A stretch of 64,000 nt of DNA from Botryllus schlosseri. Lineage: Eukaryota. The stretch lies in NCBI GenBank assembly GCA_051294905.1, contig CM119378.1:992001-1056000 (forward strand), given 5' to 3'. How positions within the stretch are numbered: the stretch's first letter is position 1; each line of letters opens with the position of its first letter. The notes under the pieces were generated by a model, which saw only the letters and a list, made by a program, of their open reading frames with translations, made no database searches and was not told the origin of the DNA. Position numbers and translations under genes: made by a program. Below, piece after piece: positions 1 through 22,012 of this stretch.

Positions 1-154
1 CTTGCATTGATGGCCACCCGCTTGCTGGCGGCCGTACGCCGTCGACGTTTACGGAATGCAATTGTCAAAACGAAAGTTCTCGACGTGGATATCAGACTAG
101 ATAGCTGACACGTAATATCGTTTCTGCAGACGAATTAGGATTCAATATTCTGTA

Positions 155-7736
<7,582 letters not shown>

Positions 7737-10426
7737 GCCACCAGACCCTACCCATCAATTTACATTGTGAAGGCGTTCTAGTGTCAACTGAGCACGATAA
7801 TTCCACTGCTTTGTCAACAATTTAGACACTATACTTGCGGTACTTACTCTACTAAATCCGATTTCCCGCAACTTCTGCTTTGTAATATTTTGTGATATAC
7901 TTAGTTACGTTTCGCTGTTTTCCGTTTGTCGAGTAGAATTATAATATTCCCGCAATTAGCGAGAGAGAATTTGCGGGCTATTTTCGCAGAGGGATATAAT
8001 TTTAATGGAGCCCAGAAATTTCGTCGCCACTCGCTTCGTTGAATATATAATTAAGTTCCGTTGTCGCCGCCGCATTTTTGCGACTTTTTCGAGCGTTAGA
8101 CCTGTTTTAGCGGATCAGCGCTGACGCTTTTTTGGAGAAAAGAGATGAACTATATTTTTCGCTTTTACGGAATAGTATTTGTATTTTTCTCGTGGTATCC
8201 TTACTTTGATTTCTGATAAACTTGAGTTCTTTCGTCTTGCGAACTTATCTCTTGAAGTTTAAAAGCAAGTTTACTATTGCATCTATTTTTCGGAAATAAT
8301 ATTACAGTATATGACGTTTGCACGATCCGCCATTTTTTTATTAAAGGGGCATTTCGCTATAAATTTGAAGTGGTCTTACTACCATATTTCTGCAACCCAA
8401 ATTCTGGACACTCTTTAGCGCCCACTAGTGGGTTTCAAATTGAATTTATGACGTCACACCAGCAAAGCTTTGCTTCTAGACCAGAGGTGATCACGATCCG
8501 GTTCAGGATTATGTGGCTGTGTGTTGTGTAACTGTAGATAACTAACCTACGGAGGTTAGTTATCTATAGTGTAACCGGGACAGAAAGCAGGGCTTCGGAG
8601 CCGGATCCGGAGCCCCGAAGCAGTGCATTTTTACCGGAGCTGGAGCCGGAGCTCTACTTAAAATTCAGCCGGAGCCGGAGCTGGAGCAAGTTATTTGAGG
8701 GCTAGCTCCGGCTCCGACGTATTTCATAAGATCCTATTATATATGCAACAACCATATCTGCTGAGTTCACATAATTCAACAGCAGGCCTTCGCGAAATTA
8801 AGAATCTTTTCCTCTTTGGCGCTACCTTTTTCGACTTTATCTATAATTATGCTCCTTATACACTGTAGGGTAATTGATGCAACTTCTAGGCGGGGGGTGC
8901 TTGCTATATGAATCTGGTTTCTATATGCAGGTGGTCGTTAAATTATTTGTGTGAATTCTGTCAATAATATTGGTTTTTCCATATATTGCTATATAGACAC
9001 CACTCTCCGCCCACATGACCAGAGTAGCGGTAGAGCTGGTGGAGAATGATGAGTTCGAAAATACAGGGAGCGTAATTGCACATCGTTAAGTCATGTTCAT
9101 GTCCTGCCGATAAGATAGTTTATCAGCCTTGTGCCGGTGCGCACCACGGAGCTTTAAAAACACCCAACATCACCACTATATTTGAAAAAAGCATTTAAAC
9201 GGCCTTAACGATCTCTAGGAATATAGCGTTCTACTATGATTGCTATTACAATTAGGCTTATTCCAGTAAATGAATGTTGTTTTTGTTTACATTTTATTGC
9301 AGTTTTTGCGAGGGTGGTAGTCTCCATATCAAAGTCAATAAATGTTACAGTAAATCGCGCGCTGCGCGAAGAAAAGTATCATGCATCAGCATTAAATATT
9401 ACCAAAAAATATAGTTTTTTATGCTGATTTACGAAAAAAATTATGAGCCCACGTCAAGTCTTCAAAATTCCGGACATTTGGCATATTTTAGAAATTCCTC
9501 CCGGACGCTAGTTTGAACAGTGAAATTCTGGACATGTCCGGGAAATTCCAGACGTATGGCAACCCTATCTTAAATGAAAGATCAAATTAGGAAACTATTT
9601 TGGCCGCAGTCATTTACATCACAAACCCACCGTAAAGGAACTGCAGCTAAACGAAAATTCCAACTATCACCATTGCACGCCAGTTGAATAAATAAATTTC
9701 TCTATTATGGCGCGACTGCGCGTCTCCGCGTCTTCCAGGTGGTACGCGAGTAGATTCTGTTTTTTTTCGACCGAAGGAAGTTATTAGTTCAAGCTGAAGC
9801 TGAAACTGAAACTGAAGCAAGCCTGCTTGGGCATCGCGTGGTTATTTTATCAAGAAGCGCATGATGAAAAATTGTGATGTATGACAACATTGTCAGAATG
9901 GAGGAACAGGTTGCGTCACCAGTAGTTTACGCTGCGCAGCTTTGGTGTTGTCAGCCAACAACTACTGCTGTTACACGGTATTTCTTCATCCTTGGCAAGC
10001 TACATAGTAAAGGCAGACACTTTCTACCCGAGAATGCAAGAAAGTATATGCTTCGTTGTACTGCAACAAATTTTAATTAACCCTACCATAATACGTGGTG
10101 TAACTGCTGGGCCAGATATCGTTAAAATAAAGTTTTTTAATGACAAATTTTGTCAGTTTTTCAGTCAAAAACGCTTTTTCAGGTCATACTACTTCGTAAG
10201 GACAGACAGTCCCAACCAGAAATGAATATAAGTAGTACAATTTTAACATTATGTGCGAAAACACATAATTTGGGTACGTGAAGTCAAAATTTGGTCAAAT
10301 TAAGTTTTTTTACGTCAAAATCCTCCGATTTTTAAGTAAAAAATCGCCCTAGTTATTTCACCTCTCATAGCTCAAATACGTGAGTATGACGTCATAAATG
10401 GTGAAAATATTTTTGACCGCCTACGG

Positions 10427-12594
10427 CAGTGGTTCCCAACCTTTTTCGACCCACGTACCATTTTGAGGTTTTAGGCAGTGCTCGCGTACCACCTATATAA
10501 GTTACGTGCGTTTCCACCATTTATGACGTCATACTCACGTATTTGACCTATGCGAGGTGTATTAACAAATTCTATTGAACTAAGCCATGGATGTCAAATA
10601 TACGGCCCGTGGGCCGGATCCGGCCCGCCAGGCGAATTTATCCAGCCCGCATAGCAATTTTGAGTACACTGAAGAAAGATTATATCATCGATCACATCCA
10701 CAGTAATAAACCAAATTACAACGTCCGCGTTGACAGTTAAATATATTGCAAGGGTGGCCAACCTTTCTGCCATTCACAGCCGCATTTCGACTACTGTGTA
10801 GCCTACGGCCGCATTCCAGGGCATAGTCGAAATGAACGAGCTGATGGACGCCAAATACCCAGGTTAAAGTGTCAATGTCCATTTCCGGTGAACTCCGGAC
10901 TAATCTATTTAATGATAGGCTTACTATGCGCACAAAATCGTGAGTAATGTTAAGGAAGGAAGCCAGCAGAGTCGCGCGAAGCGCGAAAAAAATTCAGATT
11001 CACCAATGAATTTCGTCATTGATATTACTAGTTTTACATATTACCCTCAAACATTTATCCTTTCTCATCCCGTGTGATCAGATTCACTGGTATAGAGTTG
11101 GGGTGTTTTCGAAAATTTAAAGCAAGTTATAAATTATGATGCATCTTCGGGTGGGCCAATTGGTATTAGTCACTTTGTAGCATGCTGTTATTTCTTGACC
11201 TCCCATCAGGATTGTTAGCATAGTGAGGAGCACACGATTCCGCGCTGATATTTCCATGTGAGGCGCATCATTTCCCACTGATGTTCGCATCTATATGGTG
11301 GGGCTGTGATTGCAAAGGGTGCTACTATAGTAAAGTTGAAAAATGTAATCGCATTGAATCACGCGCAACGCGAAGAAAATTTCAAAATTAATGAAAATCT
11401 TTCAAGAAATCGGGAGTCAATTCCTAAATTCAAATTTCATGTCGGCGGCCGCTAACACATACTAATTGAATTGCGTTTTCTCTGGGCTCCTCATCGCCGA
11501 CCTCACTGCAACTGCAGTGCATTGAAAAGCCCAGACTGAAAGTGAGCCGTGCTACAAGTCGGCAGCAACGACCTCGATGGGAACGCTTGGGAGCGAGAGT
11601 GAATGAAGAATGACTGCGAGAGACATTGAAAGACGTTCCCAAGAATACTAAAGGCAAAGACCTCTGAACATTATGAAATTCGTGTCGTGGAGCACAAGGC
11701 CTAAACGGCGATAAGCTCGACTGTGTTGTACCCGTTAATAAATAAATAAATTGAATTGCGTGCCTACGCCCACACAAATTCCCTCTTACGACCGCAGGTT
11801 GGCCACCCCTGGACTGCAGCAAAGGGAACACTTAAATATGTCCACTTGTATCGCCGGTAATGCCGTTTTTTTAGCGGTTTCTAACTGTATTCAACCGGAC
11901 AAACATCATATTTTCGCATTGCTCGCAAATAATGGTGTTGCGACTCGCTAGAATGAAACCCCTACGATCCGTGTATTATCTATATATGATTGATAATAAA
12001 GTATTCCAGCGAGAAGCAATGGCACGAGGCAACATTTACGATTCCGTTGACTGGTCCGGCCCGCGGGCGATTTCATGACTTCGATCCGGCCCGCGAATCC
12101 GCGATGCAATTTGAGTTTGACACCCCTGAACTAAGCATTATCAGCCAGGGTTGATGGGATGCATGGAATTGTTTTTTTTTTCACCACCAGTCACAAGAAG
12201 AACAGCGTAATGAAATAACAACACACAACAAAAGTCAATTTATATAATGCGATGGCTGCATTTGTTTATTTTCCACTAGCTTGTCGATTCGTGACGTACG
12301 TCTGCTTACAGCGCATCGAAAGTCATGTATGGGCGCAACAATTCGGTTTCGTTTCTTGGACTTGATAGTCATCAGGAATGAAAATCCTTGCTCGTATTCC
12401 CACGTATATATAAGTGAAAATTAGCAGCTGGGCAATAGCGGGAGACGACGGCTTCAGAAAACTCAAAATCAACCTCACCTGAACTAATAACTCCCTTTGA
12501 TCGAAAAATAAAACAGAATCTGCTCGCGTACCACCTGGACGACCTTCGCGTACCACTATATAGTGGTACGCGTACCACAGGTTGGGAACCACTG
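10427..12594. mobile_element. Nested hAT (Buster/Charlie-like) MITE stack
   Basis: Outer element CAGTGGTTCCCAACC / GGTTGGGAACCACTG with TSD GCCTACGG/GACTACGG. Inner element 10586-12128 with TSD AACTAAGC. A further TIR pair at 10749-11811 contains a SINE. Confidence 0.75.
11477..11748 (+). mobile_element. 5'-truncated SINE (family 2)
   Basis: Similar to 43608-43950; (TAAA)n tail; 13-bp TSD AATTGAATTGCGT. Confidence 0.75.
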
Positions 12595-13104
12595 GACTAC
12601 GGCGTTCGTAAATTGTGTAGGTGGTACGCGAGCACTGCATAAAACCTCAAAGTGGTACGTGAGTGGAAAAAGGTTGGGAACCACTGCTTAGCGAGATATC
12701 TACACTAATTAATGAATTGGCAACCTCGACTACTTATTCTACTTCTACGCTATTTGAAACGGAACTACTTACTTTGTAAAGGTACAAAACTACGATTTAT
12801 TCATATTTGAAACAAACCAGAATATTTTCGATCTGACATCCGATCATCAGGGAGAATTATCAGCAACTGTAGAATTCCATAACTTTATATCAATATATCG
12901 CATCACCTATATCACATGAAAACTTGATTAATCATGACAAACAGACGGATTTAGGCTCATGTGCTATGCTTAGATTATACAACAACTCCTTCTGTTGACA
13001 CTAACTATGCTGTCGAATTTACATAAAAGTTTATTCCAATGCACACAAATGATATAAGACCGTTAGCTTCCGGTGATATATATATACCGTGTAAATCAGT
13101 GGTT

Positions 13105-13334
13105 TTGTTTGTTTGTTTGTTTTGGGGTATTCATGGTGTTTTCCGACTACTATGGTCATTTACACCAGGCCGATATTTCTCTTATTTTCCGTAACTGCCG
13201 ACTTATAGCACGGCCCCCCTCTAGGCTTTTGTAAGACAACGCTGACGCGGATGAGGTGGCGAGGAGGAGCCTAGGTAAACCTCCAACACTTAAGTATCGG
13301 AATTCGGAAGTCGACCTCGGTCGGACTCGAACCC
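13105..13334 (-). mobile_element. tRNA-derived SINE (family 1), 5'-truncated at box B
   Basis: Minus strand begins GGGTTCGAGTCC and ends in (CAAA)n. 14-bp TSD GTAAATCAGTGGTT at 13091-13104 and 13335-13348. Relatives at about 38400-38595 and 61020-61140. Confidence 0.8.
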
Positions 13335-13419
13335 GTAAATCAGTGGTTCTTGACCTTTTAAAAACTTTTCTAGGTCTAGCGTCCCCCCTCAATCCCATTT
13401 GTTAAGTATTGTCGATAAA

Positions 13420-15020
13420 AAAAACACTGGGTAAGAGCCCTAAGTCCGGTCGGTCTTTTCAGGTTGGGACTTTACTACTGGAAGTATTTCGCGCGTGAGG
13501 ACCACTCGACTAATTAACGATATCATAATCGTATGTGCTATATTCGGGATCGAATTAAGGTTGTTGCAACAACCATCAGGTACGGGCTCAGATAACATCT
13601 GGTTGGCGAGCCAGATGTATACTTCCCGAATTCATATCTGCTATTGGCAATACGGGTTATATTTTATTGCTTTGTGTGACAATAATAAATCAATTGAGAA
13701 TGTGGTAGAGATCTTTGCTCGCTCGCATTGAATTTAGTACCGCACCCAGTTAAGAACTTTAACATGAATGTATTTCAAACAAAGCAACCCATATCATATA
13801 TATAACCAGAGGTGGTCAGTAACGTATAACTTCTACTTTTGTAAGTACTTGAAGTAGATATTGCCTACTCACTTTAAGTAGTTATGATTTTAGACGACTT
13901 CTACTTCTACTTGGCAGTTTTCAGTCATTTAGGAAAATACAAGCGTAGAATATCTACTGACTTACTTACTTACTTACTTACTTGTGAACCACAATTCCTA
14001 CTTCTACTTGAGTAGAAATTCCGGCGTTACTTCTACTTCTACTTGAGTAGCGACGGTTACTACTTTGACCACCTCTGTGAGGTTGTGGGTCACAAATAGT
14101 GCTGGGCACAATGATTCGAGTACTCGAATCTGAATCGAGTATTAATTTTAATGATTCGAGTCGAGTAGTAAAGGGCAATTTTTTCTAGTACTGAAGTTAT
14201 ACGCTCCTCGCCACTGCAAGTCAATTTATCAATGAAAATTGTAGTTTCGATACTATTTTCCACTCTGGAAGCCTTGAAACCATGATTGGCCTATCGCAGC
14301 ACACTGAACATATTACAAAGCTATGAACGTTCCTGGAAATAATACATTTCCGAAGTCATGATCATCCCACATTGTCACGAAGTGCAACGAAATCGGTATG
14401 GTCGGGAAAGTACCGAAGTATCTTTAATGTGATGCATAACAGGCATTATATTGTTTGTGGTGGCATAATAGGGTACTTATTTGAACTTGGACTTCTTACA
14501 TAGTGTTATGACGTCATAATGAATGCTACTCGATTACTCGAATCGACTTGAGGCATAATACCTGATTCTAAATCGAATCATCTATAGGTACTCGAATTTT
14601 CCCAGCCCTAGTAACAACACTAAACAGTATATCACTCTTCAGTCTTCATGTTACGATGAAGAAATATTCTGAAAATTTAATTTTGTAGCTCTCAAATACA
14701 AATAAATTAAGGTAATCATTCTGACCAAAAACTTCAAAGGATCTTCCATGTGCAAAGGGATCTCACTCTTAAAAGTGCACACTGCTCAGTGTATACAGTA
14801 CCTCTTTCTTCGACTTCGACACGCTGTGCGCTGCGGGATAAACTATCTAGTTCGAAACGGTTTGTGGAAAATAACCCGAGCTAGCGTGACGAAAGTATTT
14901 TAACGGGGAATTGACGATCGTGCAATTAATAGTACGTGCAATTAATTTTACATGAATTATAATAAACTATTGCATTCGTGGAATCATGTTGCAAACATCA
15001 CCGGCAAATATTTCGCTCGA
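13420..15020. repeat. Diverged inverted duplicate of about 23355-24315
   Basis: Several colinear reverse-complement blocks, e.g. CTATATTCGGGATC, ACGATGAAGAAATATTCTGAA, ATGTGCAAAGGG and CATGAATTATAATAAAC. Confidence 0.75.
14097..14610. mobile_element. hAT-type MITE (TAGGGCTGGGCA family)
   Basis: Ends TAGTGCTGGG / CCCAGCCCTA with a degenerate TSD GTCACAAA/GTAACAAC. Relatives at 23693-23990, about 58280 and about 63120-63157. Confidence 0.75.
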
Positions 15021-15712
15021 CTAAAAATTTCGAGATTTGACAGATTTTGTCAATTGTTAATTTGCAATGACAACTCGTGGACATATAAAACTGTTGTTAT
15101 ACTATATAATCATATGTCCCTACTGCACCCTCTACCGCGACGCCATTTTTCTTCAGAGTCCCCATACCGCCCCCTGTGCCAAGCTCCCCCCATTTCGCCC
15201 CTGAGCGTTTCCGCCCCTTTCAAAATCCAAATGGGGGGGGGGCGGGCGCTGACGACAAGGGTAAGAAACACTGGTGTAAAGGATTTTCAAAACAAATGGA
15301 ATTCTCATTTAAACTATTTGGCGATGACGAAATTCATGACCATTTGCTGTTCCGATTCAAGCTTCAATATTGACGTTTTTGGTGCAGTATTGTTGAGTGG
15401 GAAGTAAAATATTCGAATATATTCCGATCACTTTCATGAATAACTGGACTCGCGGTAATAGATTTTCGAACCCAGGAGTAGCCTAGTTCACATGCTGAAT
15501 GCAACAATCCATCAGTAACGAATTCGAATATACGAGTACGGCCCGAAAAGGTAGATTTGGTAGTGATAGATTTCCAGAGTCGGTGCGGACGGGTCCTCTC
15601 GTCATTATGCGATCCGTTCGTGGTTAAAATCATTCTGGAAGATGTTGGCTGAGTATTTATAGGTATTATTTCATCCGACATCTTCGGTGAAAGACAACAA
15701 CAGCCATTACAC

Positions 15713-17376
15713 CAGGGGTGGCCAATCTTCGGCAATGGAAGGAAAATTATGCGGTAGTCGGTAATTATTTCGATTTGGAGATGTAGCCGGCCGTCAATAT
15801 GCAAATTGAATTTACGAGTTAACTCCCTAATTAATGAGAGGTTTGAATGATACTTGCAATTTTCTTCGCGGAATGCACGGTTCAATGCGAGTTTATTTTC
15901 GTTTTTAATATAGTAGTGTTCTTTGTAATCTGAGCCCCAGAGTACAGATGCGAACAGCAGTGACAAATGAAGCGCCCCACAACGAAATACCAATTTGTAA
16001 TCGTGTTCTCCTCACCACGAAGGAAATTTGTTTCTGGTAGGCCTACGTTTGGGCGAATCCAATATCTTCCCCCTATGTCAGGGGCGGCCAACTTCTCCAG
16101 TCGGCGGGCCGGATATAGGAAAAATTAGTACTTGCGGGCCGGATTACTAAATCGAAATAGTAATCGTCTATTTATCAACCTGTAAAAGTAATAAATCGTA
16201 TATAATGTGAATTTTAAGTTGAGAGAATAGAGCCCAAAACAGTATTTAATGAATTTATTAACGCAATATACTTCATTAGCTGTTGAAGTCAATGAGATCT
16301 GTGGTCGATCAAAGTTGTCGACAAGTTCGTTGAACTCTGGTTGCATGACGGACATAGAGACCCTTGGTAAAGATGGCACGTGAGCATCAGTTAGATTGGA
16401 ACGCAGCCTTATTGTCTTTCCGTTTTCTTGGTCTAAATGTTTACTTGGAAATGAAGTAGACCCGAATAGAACAAATGGTTTCATGGCCACCTTTCTCCGG
16501 CCGCAGGCCATGCAAATTATCATTTTAGACCGGATCCTCTCGGCGGGCCGTTTAAAATCCCTTCGCGGGCCGTATGTTACCCGTCCCTGCACTATACCGA
16601 CAATACTGATACGATGTCAACAGCATACAGCAAAGAGGACTAATAACAATTGATCCACCCACAGATGCAGCATGGTATTAATAACGTCCAGAAATTTTCT
16701 AAGGCATCCCCTGCATCAACTCTCTGGTGAATTTGATCACATAGGCTGAGAAAGGATAAATATATGATAGTAGCCTAATAAGTGGAACTATACTAATATT
16801 AATGAGGAAACTAACTCAAGACTATGAAAAACTTTTCGCGACTAACGAATCCCTGTCGTTCTTCGTGACATGACTACTCAGGATTTCGGTGCGCATTGTA
16901 AGGCGATATTAGTAAATTGATTAGTCCGGAGCTCACCAGCATTTTGGACAGGGACAGTTTAACGTGGGCATTTGTCCTTCAGTTAGTTCATTGCGACCAT
17001 GCACTGGAATTTGGCCGAAGCCAACATAACTAACCGAAATGCGGCCGTGGATAGCAAAATGGTTGTCCACATCTGGTTTAGTTATTGAAGAGTGTTGTCC
17101 GGTATCTTGTGCAGCTCATAGTTCAAAATAGAATGAAAGTGATGATCATGAATTATTTTGCTGTAGATGAATTTCTTCAATCGAATATTACTTCTTTAGT
17201 GGTAACTATGACCGTCGCCCATGTTAGAGAGAACGGCGTTGTACTGACATAGAGTTATCAAAACGAGCTCTTAAATTGCGTCGCCTAGTTTTATCTCGAT
17301 ATTGAAGGCATGCGGCCCGCGGCCTCTACGAATTCTGAAAAGTGGCCCGCGACCCGTTTTGAGTTGGCGACCCCTG
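15713..17376. mobile_element. hAT element with a nested hAT (16079-16589) that carries a Buster/SPIN-type transposase C-terminal remnant
   Basis: TIR CAGGGGTGGCCAA / TTGGCGACCCCTG with perfect TSD CATTACAC. Minus strand of about 16280-16490 reads LFGST...RLRSNLTDAHV..LPRV..QPEFNEL, resembling the hAT dimerization region. Confidence 0.75.
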
Positions 17377-17411
17377 CATTACACGCTCATTCCTTCCCGA
17401 TCCCAATGAAC

Positions 17412-17689
17412 CAGTGACGTGCGGTCCAATGAGGCAGGTGAGGCAGTGCCTCACCTGTCGTCTGGGTGAGTAAGTGAAAATTGTGAAAACCCTTGATGAG
17501 TCGATGATTAATGGTGTTTTACATCGATGTTCATAAATATTTAAATTTGAACTTATTTTTCACCCAACATCATAAATATACATAATTATGATTCAAAAAT
17601 ACAGCGCGAAAGGAAATGTGAGGCAGAGGTGAGGCACGGACGGGCGTGCTTCACCACTCACCAGCCATGAACCTCACCGCACGTCACTG
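17412..17689. mobile_element. MITE
   Basis: TIR CAGTGACGTGCGGT / ACCGCACGTCACTG; perfect 8-bp TSD CAATGAAC. The site is empty in the paralogous segment near 53280. Confidence 0.88.
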
Positions 17690-19566
17690 CAATGAACAGA
17701 GTATTACGATGGCACCATAAATTGCATGGTAATTGTGCCGCCATTCTCGTGGCTTGTATACTTCCTTTCTGCTTCACAATGCGTGTAAGAATAAAGGATA
17801 AACGGAGCTACTAGGGATGGTGTGAACGTGAGGTTCACGTTCGCGTTCTGTGTATGAACCTCAGAAATTTAGAGGTTCACGTTCACAAACGAACCTTGAT
17901 AGGTTCTGCACTGTGACCCTTTTTCATATATTACAGTTTTTACATCATTATAACATCTTTGGCTGAACTTTATTGCATTTCAAGGATAGGCCACTCTATG
18001 CATGGCACTGGCAGCATAAAAAAATCAACACTAAACGAGCATGCACCTTGACCATCTCACAAATTTTACTTGCTTTGTTACAAAAGTTTGCTCGAAATGT
18101 CCAGCTTTCCCTTTGTGAATATTTAGCGACTCTTGTCTGTGAGCTTGACCCGCAATCACACAACATCAAGTTCGAAATACACTACCTGTAGTTAGGTAGC
18201 CTACCTCGGTAGTCATAGTCAGCGAATGATGCTTATTCAACCAATCAAGGAAATTGATATCGATGTCTGATGTAAAAAAATCTAGCAGGCGTTCGGGGTC
18301 AATCTTGCCGGCGAGAGTGTGAGTGTACTGTACACTGCTCATGCTCAATCGCTTGCGCAACAATGGACAATATTCATAATGCTTGCGCTGTTGCTCGCTT
18401 TTTTCCTGAACCGCGGTATCGTTATTCTACACAGTGTTGTTGTGTGACAATGCCAAATTCGAGAGTGGTTTTGGGGGTTTCGGGACCACGAGCAGAATGA
18501 AATTTATATTTTTGTAATCATTACCGCGGTAGCTTTCGATTGATACCAATTTGTTGCGGTGCATGTAGTGTAGTGGTGATGATGGTAGTGTAGTGGTGAT
18601 GGTGACGACAAGCGCCTGGCGGCCCAGGCTCGATTCCGCAACGGAGGTCATTCTGGGCTCCTCCCCCCTCATCGCTGTTCTTATGGCGACAATATAGTCC
18701 AGAAAAATACCGGATGAAAGAGAGCACTGTTACGAGGAATCGAAATAGCAACAAAGAGCCGCCGAATAGAGATAAACATCGAAGAAATGACTGCGACATC
18801 GGGCACTAAACCGAGGTGGATGCCAGCTCAATAAGAGACCGCAACTGCAACAGCATCTGGTCGTTCGACATCCCCCTGGATGATACTCGAATTCTCGACT
18901 CGACTCGACGTATAATACTTAATTCAGAATCGAATCACTCAGATACTCGAATTTGCCCAGCTCCAAATGTAACACCATAGTGTCCTACAGTGGTGTGGAC
19001 ACGAGCAAATCGCACGACACCCTGCGATCGGGCTCACAAGTAATAATTTTCCAAAGGTAGCGTAATTTCACGTTAACAAGCCTCATCTACTATTGATATC
19101 GCAGAAACTTTTCATGATAATTTAGACTTTCCGCTCTCCTCTCTCGAGCAAGATATTTTGAATCCATAACTCTATATCAGCCTGTTTGATGCTACCGTGA
19201 TGGTAAAGGATACGACAGAGTAAAGTACCTTTTTTGCTGCCGTCGATGTGTGACGTTGTCCGACCATAAATTATATTACCAGCGTACAAGTGATAACAGA
19301 TTGTTGATTAGTAATGAAACTACAAAGCTTTACTGATGGGAATGCAAATTGCGATAAATTATTGATCGAATAGTTTGCAATAATATATCATATCCAGTGA
19401 TGAGCATCGGAGCGGAATCGGAGTGGATTCGGAGCGGAGTTTTGCCGATTTTGTGACAGTCGGAGCGGAGTCGGAGTTTACTACAGATATTTTTTCGGAG
19501 AATTTCGGAGTATTGTAACTTTTGTCTCCGATCTCTTTGGATAGCTCTGACCAGAATACACTATTG

Positions 19567-21455
19567 CAGTGCTTTTCAACCTGTGTGACGGTTCGCACTA
19601 GTGCGAATGAAAAAAATTGCAGTGCGAATGACGAAAGTGGTGCGAATGGTGCGAATGAAAATTCCAGATGAGTGCGAATGAGAATCACGAAAAATTTTGT
19701 TAATTTTTCTGACCTGGAATAATTCAAAAAAACCTAATAGGAAATTCAAGGGCAGTGTAACTTTTGTTGTTGCGATATAATTGTAAATTCTTGTTTTACT
19801 TACTACCCACCACTAATCGTAGCTCTCACAAGCCGTAGTGAATTAATATTTTCGCATTAAAATTATTACGTAACCATAAATCTAGTTTGAAAGGTTGTTT
19901 CGAGCCCGCGACAGGCTGGAAAAATGACGTCAAATTGACTTCCTGCTTTCTTTCGCCTAACAATCTTTCGTAATAACTGTTCGATTAGTGCGAGGCACGA
20001 GGATAGTAGCATACTAAATACCATCGTGGCAGACTCGCATTTGCAAGTTATTGTAACGCAAATTTTTATCGCTTCAAGGGTTATTAAAGTATGGAACGCA
20101 AAGGGTATAATTTTGGGTCGACACGGTGCCAGAGCTATCTGTTAATGAGTATGTAATATTTTTTAAATTTATTGCAAAAAATCCTGTGATAGTTTTTACA
20201 AATCTAAGGTTGCGGTGTTGGGTAATAAGCGAGGCACGCAGCAAATATGGCTTTATCGTGATATATAAGATTTGTCCGACTGGTAAACATGGTCGAAGGC
20301 CGTTGGGATGAACTAGTGTAGGGACTAGGGATGTGCAACGAGCGAGTTCAGGTCTATGAGACTCATTCATTTCGAGGCGAACCCTTCCTGCGTTCGGGAA
20401 AATGACGACGTAAAGTTTGGCCAACAAACCGCTGATATAAACGCGGTGCCAAAACATATGCGTCGATAAAACCTTGGCCAAAAATGACCGATGCTGGACG
20501 GCCAAACCATTCGATATGGATATGCTCCGTGGTCGCCATGGAATAGTCGCTTTCTTGCAATCTGAGTAGACTGCAGTAGTACAACTGCGACATGCAGAGG
20601 AATTTACGTCAGACATATTTTGTAGAGCTGTGGTGGATAGAATTGTGTTGTGCGCGTTATGCATGTTATACATGTCCGTAAAATCGTAGCATATACTATT
20701 TTGTAATATTAAAAATGAATTCCTTATCATGGGTGAGGCTCGGGTCGCGAGATGCCACAAAAACTCAGATTATGGTGGTAGTCCAAAAAGCTGCTTTGAC
20801 GTTGTCAAACTGTTATGAATTCTCAAGTTAGATTGAGCTAAAGAGCATAACACACAGAATCGTGAGTTTATTTGTTTTTTCCACATATTCGCGAGACAGA
20901 AAATGTAAAATTGAAAAAAAGTTGGTGCAACCTATCATAAGGTAGCAAGCTCTAATAATGTGCCTATTCTCCTTCATCGTATTGACCTCGTTTTCCAAGA
21001 CATAATGCAAAAGCTCAACACAAACAAGTGGGTTTTCAGCCTTTCGGCATACTGGAGCCTCCTAGACCTTTTTGTCAGCTCTCAAAATCGATTTCTTCCA
21101 GCAAGCATTTTTCACTCGTGGAAAAATACGTTGTATTTTGGATAGGAGTGCCGAACAGATTTTAAGACCTGGCCAACCAAGCACTAATAGACGTTCTTGT
21201 ACAACACCCCAACAACTTGTTTGTCCAAGAAGGGTTTTAGTGAAATTGTTGAAATCAAAACGAGGGAAAATTGTAGCCTTTTAATGAGACACTTGATAGC
21301 ATAAGATACATAGTAGCCAATTTGTTGGAAATTTGAACAAATAAATGTGGTATTTTCATCTTCTTTTTGTATGACAATTTTCGGTTAGTTTGTGCGAATG
21401 AAATATATTTTACAAAAAAAGTGCGAATGAAGCTCAAAATGGTTGAAAAGCACTG
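19567..21455. mobile_element. hAT-type non-autonomous element nested in another TIR element (19395-21798)
   Basis: TIR CAGTGCTTTTCAACC / GGTTGAAAAGCACTG, perfect TSD CACTATTG, GTGCGAATG subterminal repeats. Host ends are CAGTGATGAGC / GCTCATCACTG. Confidence 0.82.
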
Positions 21456-21914
21456 CACTATTGAATATGATTACAAACCAAAACACAGACAGTTGACACC
21501 TTGTAAAGTTGTAATATGACGGGTAACATGCGGAAATGATGGTTAAGTGCATAAAAATCAGCCATCTGCACTGCAATTGGGGACTGGAGAGTAAACAATA
21601 CTATGAGGCCAACCATATTATCACATGTAACATGTTGTACCATGTACCATGCTTGCCACTGTTTCGGATACTTGACGAGATTCATCGGAGTATCTCGGAG
21701 TCTGGGATTGAGCTCTTCGGAGTCGGAGGGAGTTTTCCTCAGACACACAGTTGTCGGAGGGATTCAGAGTCTCGAAAAGCACTATCCGCTCATCACTGAT
21801 ATCAACACACTGAGCAGTCTGGTGGCATAATAATAAAACACAAGTATTATATAGTACAAATCTCATTCACATATAGTAACAATGCGTACACTATAGACTA
21901 CATTACAGTGACAT

Positions 21915-21917
<3 letters not shown>

Positions 21918-22011
<94 letters not shown>
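21918..22011. repeat. (GA)n microsatellite
   Basis: About 94 bp of GA repeat with one interruption. Confidence 0.97.

Positions 22012-22012
<1 letters not shown>

Noticed and set aside
15364..15993. 209-aa minus-strand ORF
   Set aside because: It runs across a transposon junction at 15713, and the paralogous segment near 53 kb is frameshifted.
18020..18400. Possible minus-strand exons with a death-fold-like pattern (IDPERLLDFF..FLDWL)
   Set aside because: Resemblance is only by eye and no consistent gene model could be built; a profile search would be needed.
20074..20760. 228-aa minus-strand ORF
   Set aside because: No recognisable motif; lies inside a non-autonomous hAT element.
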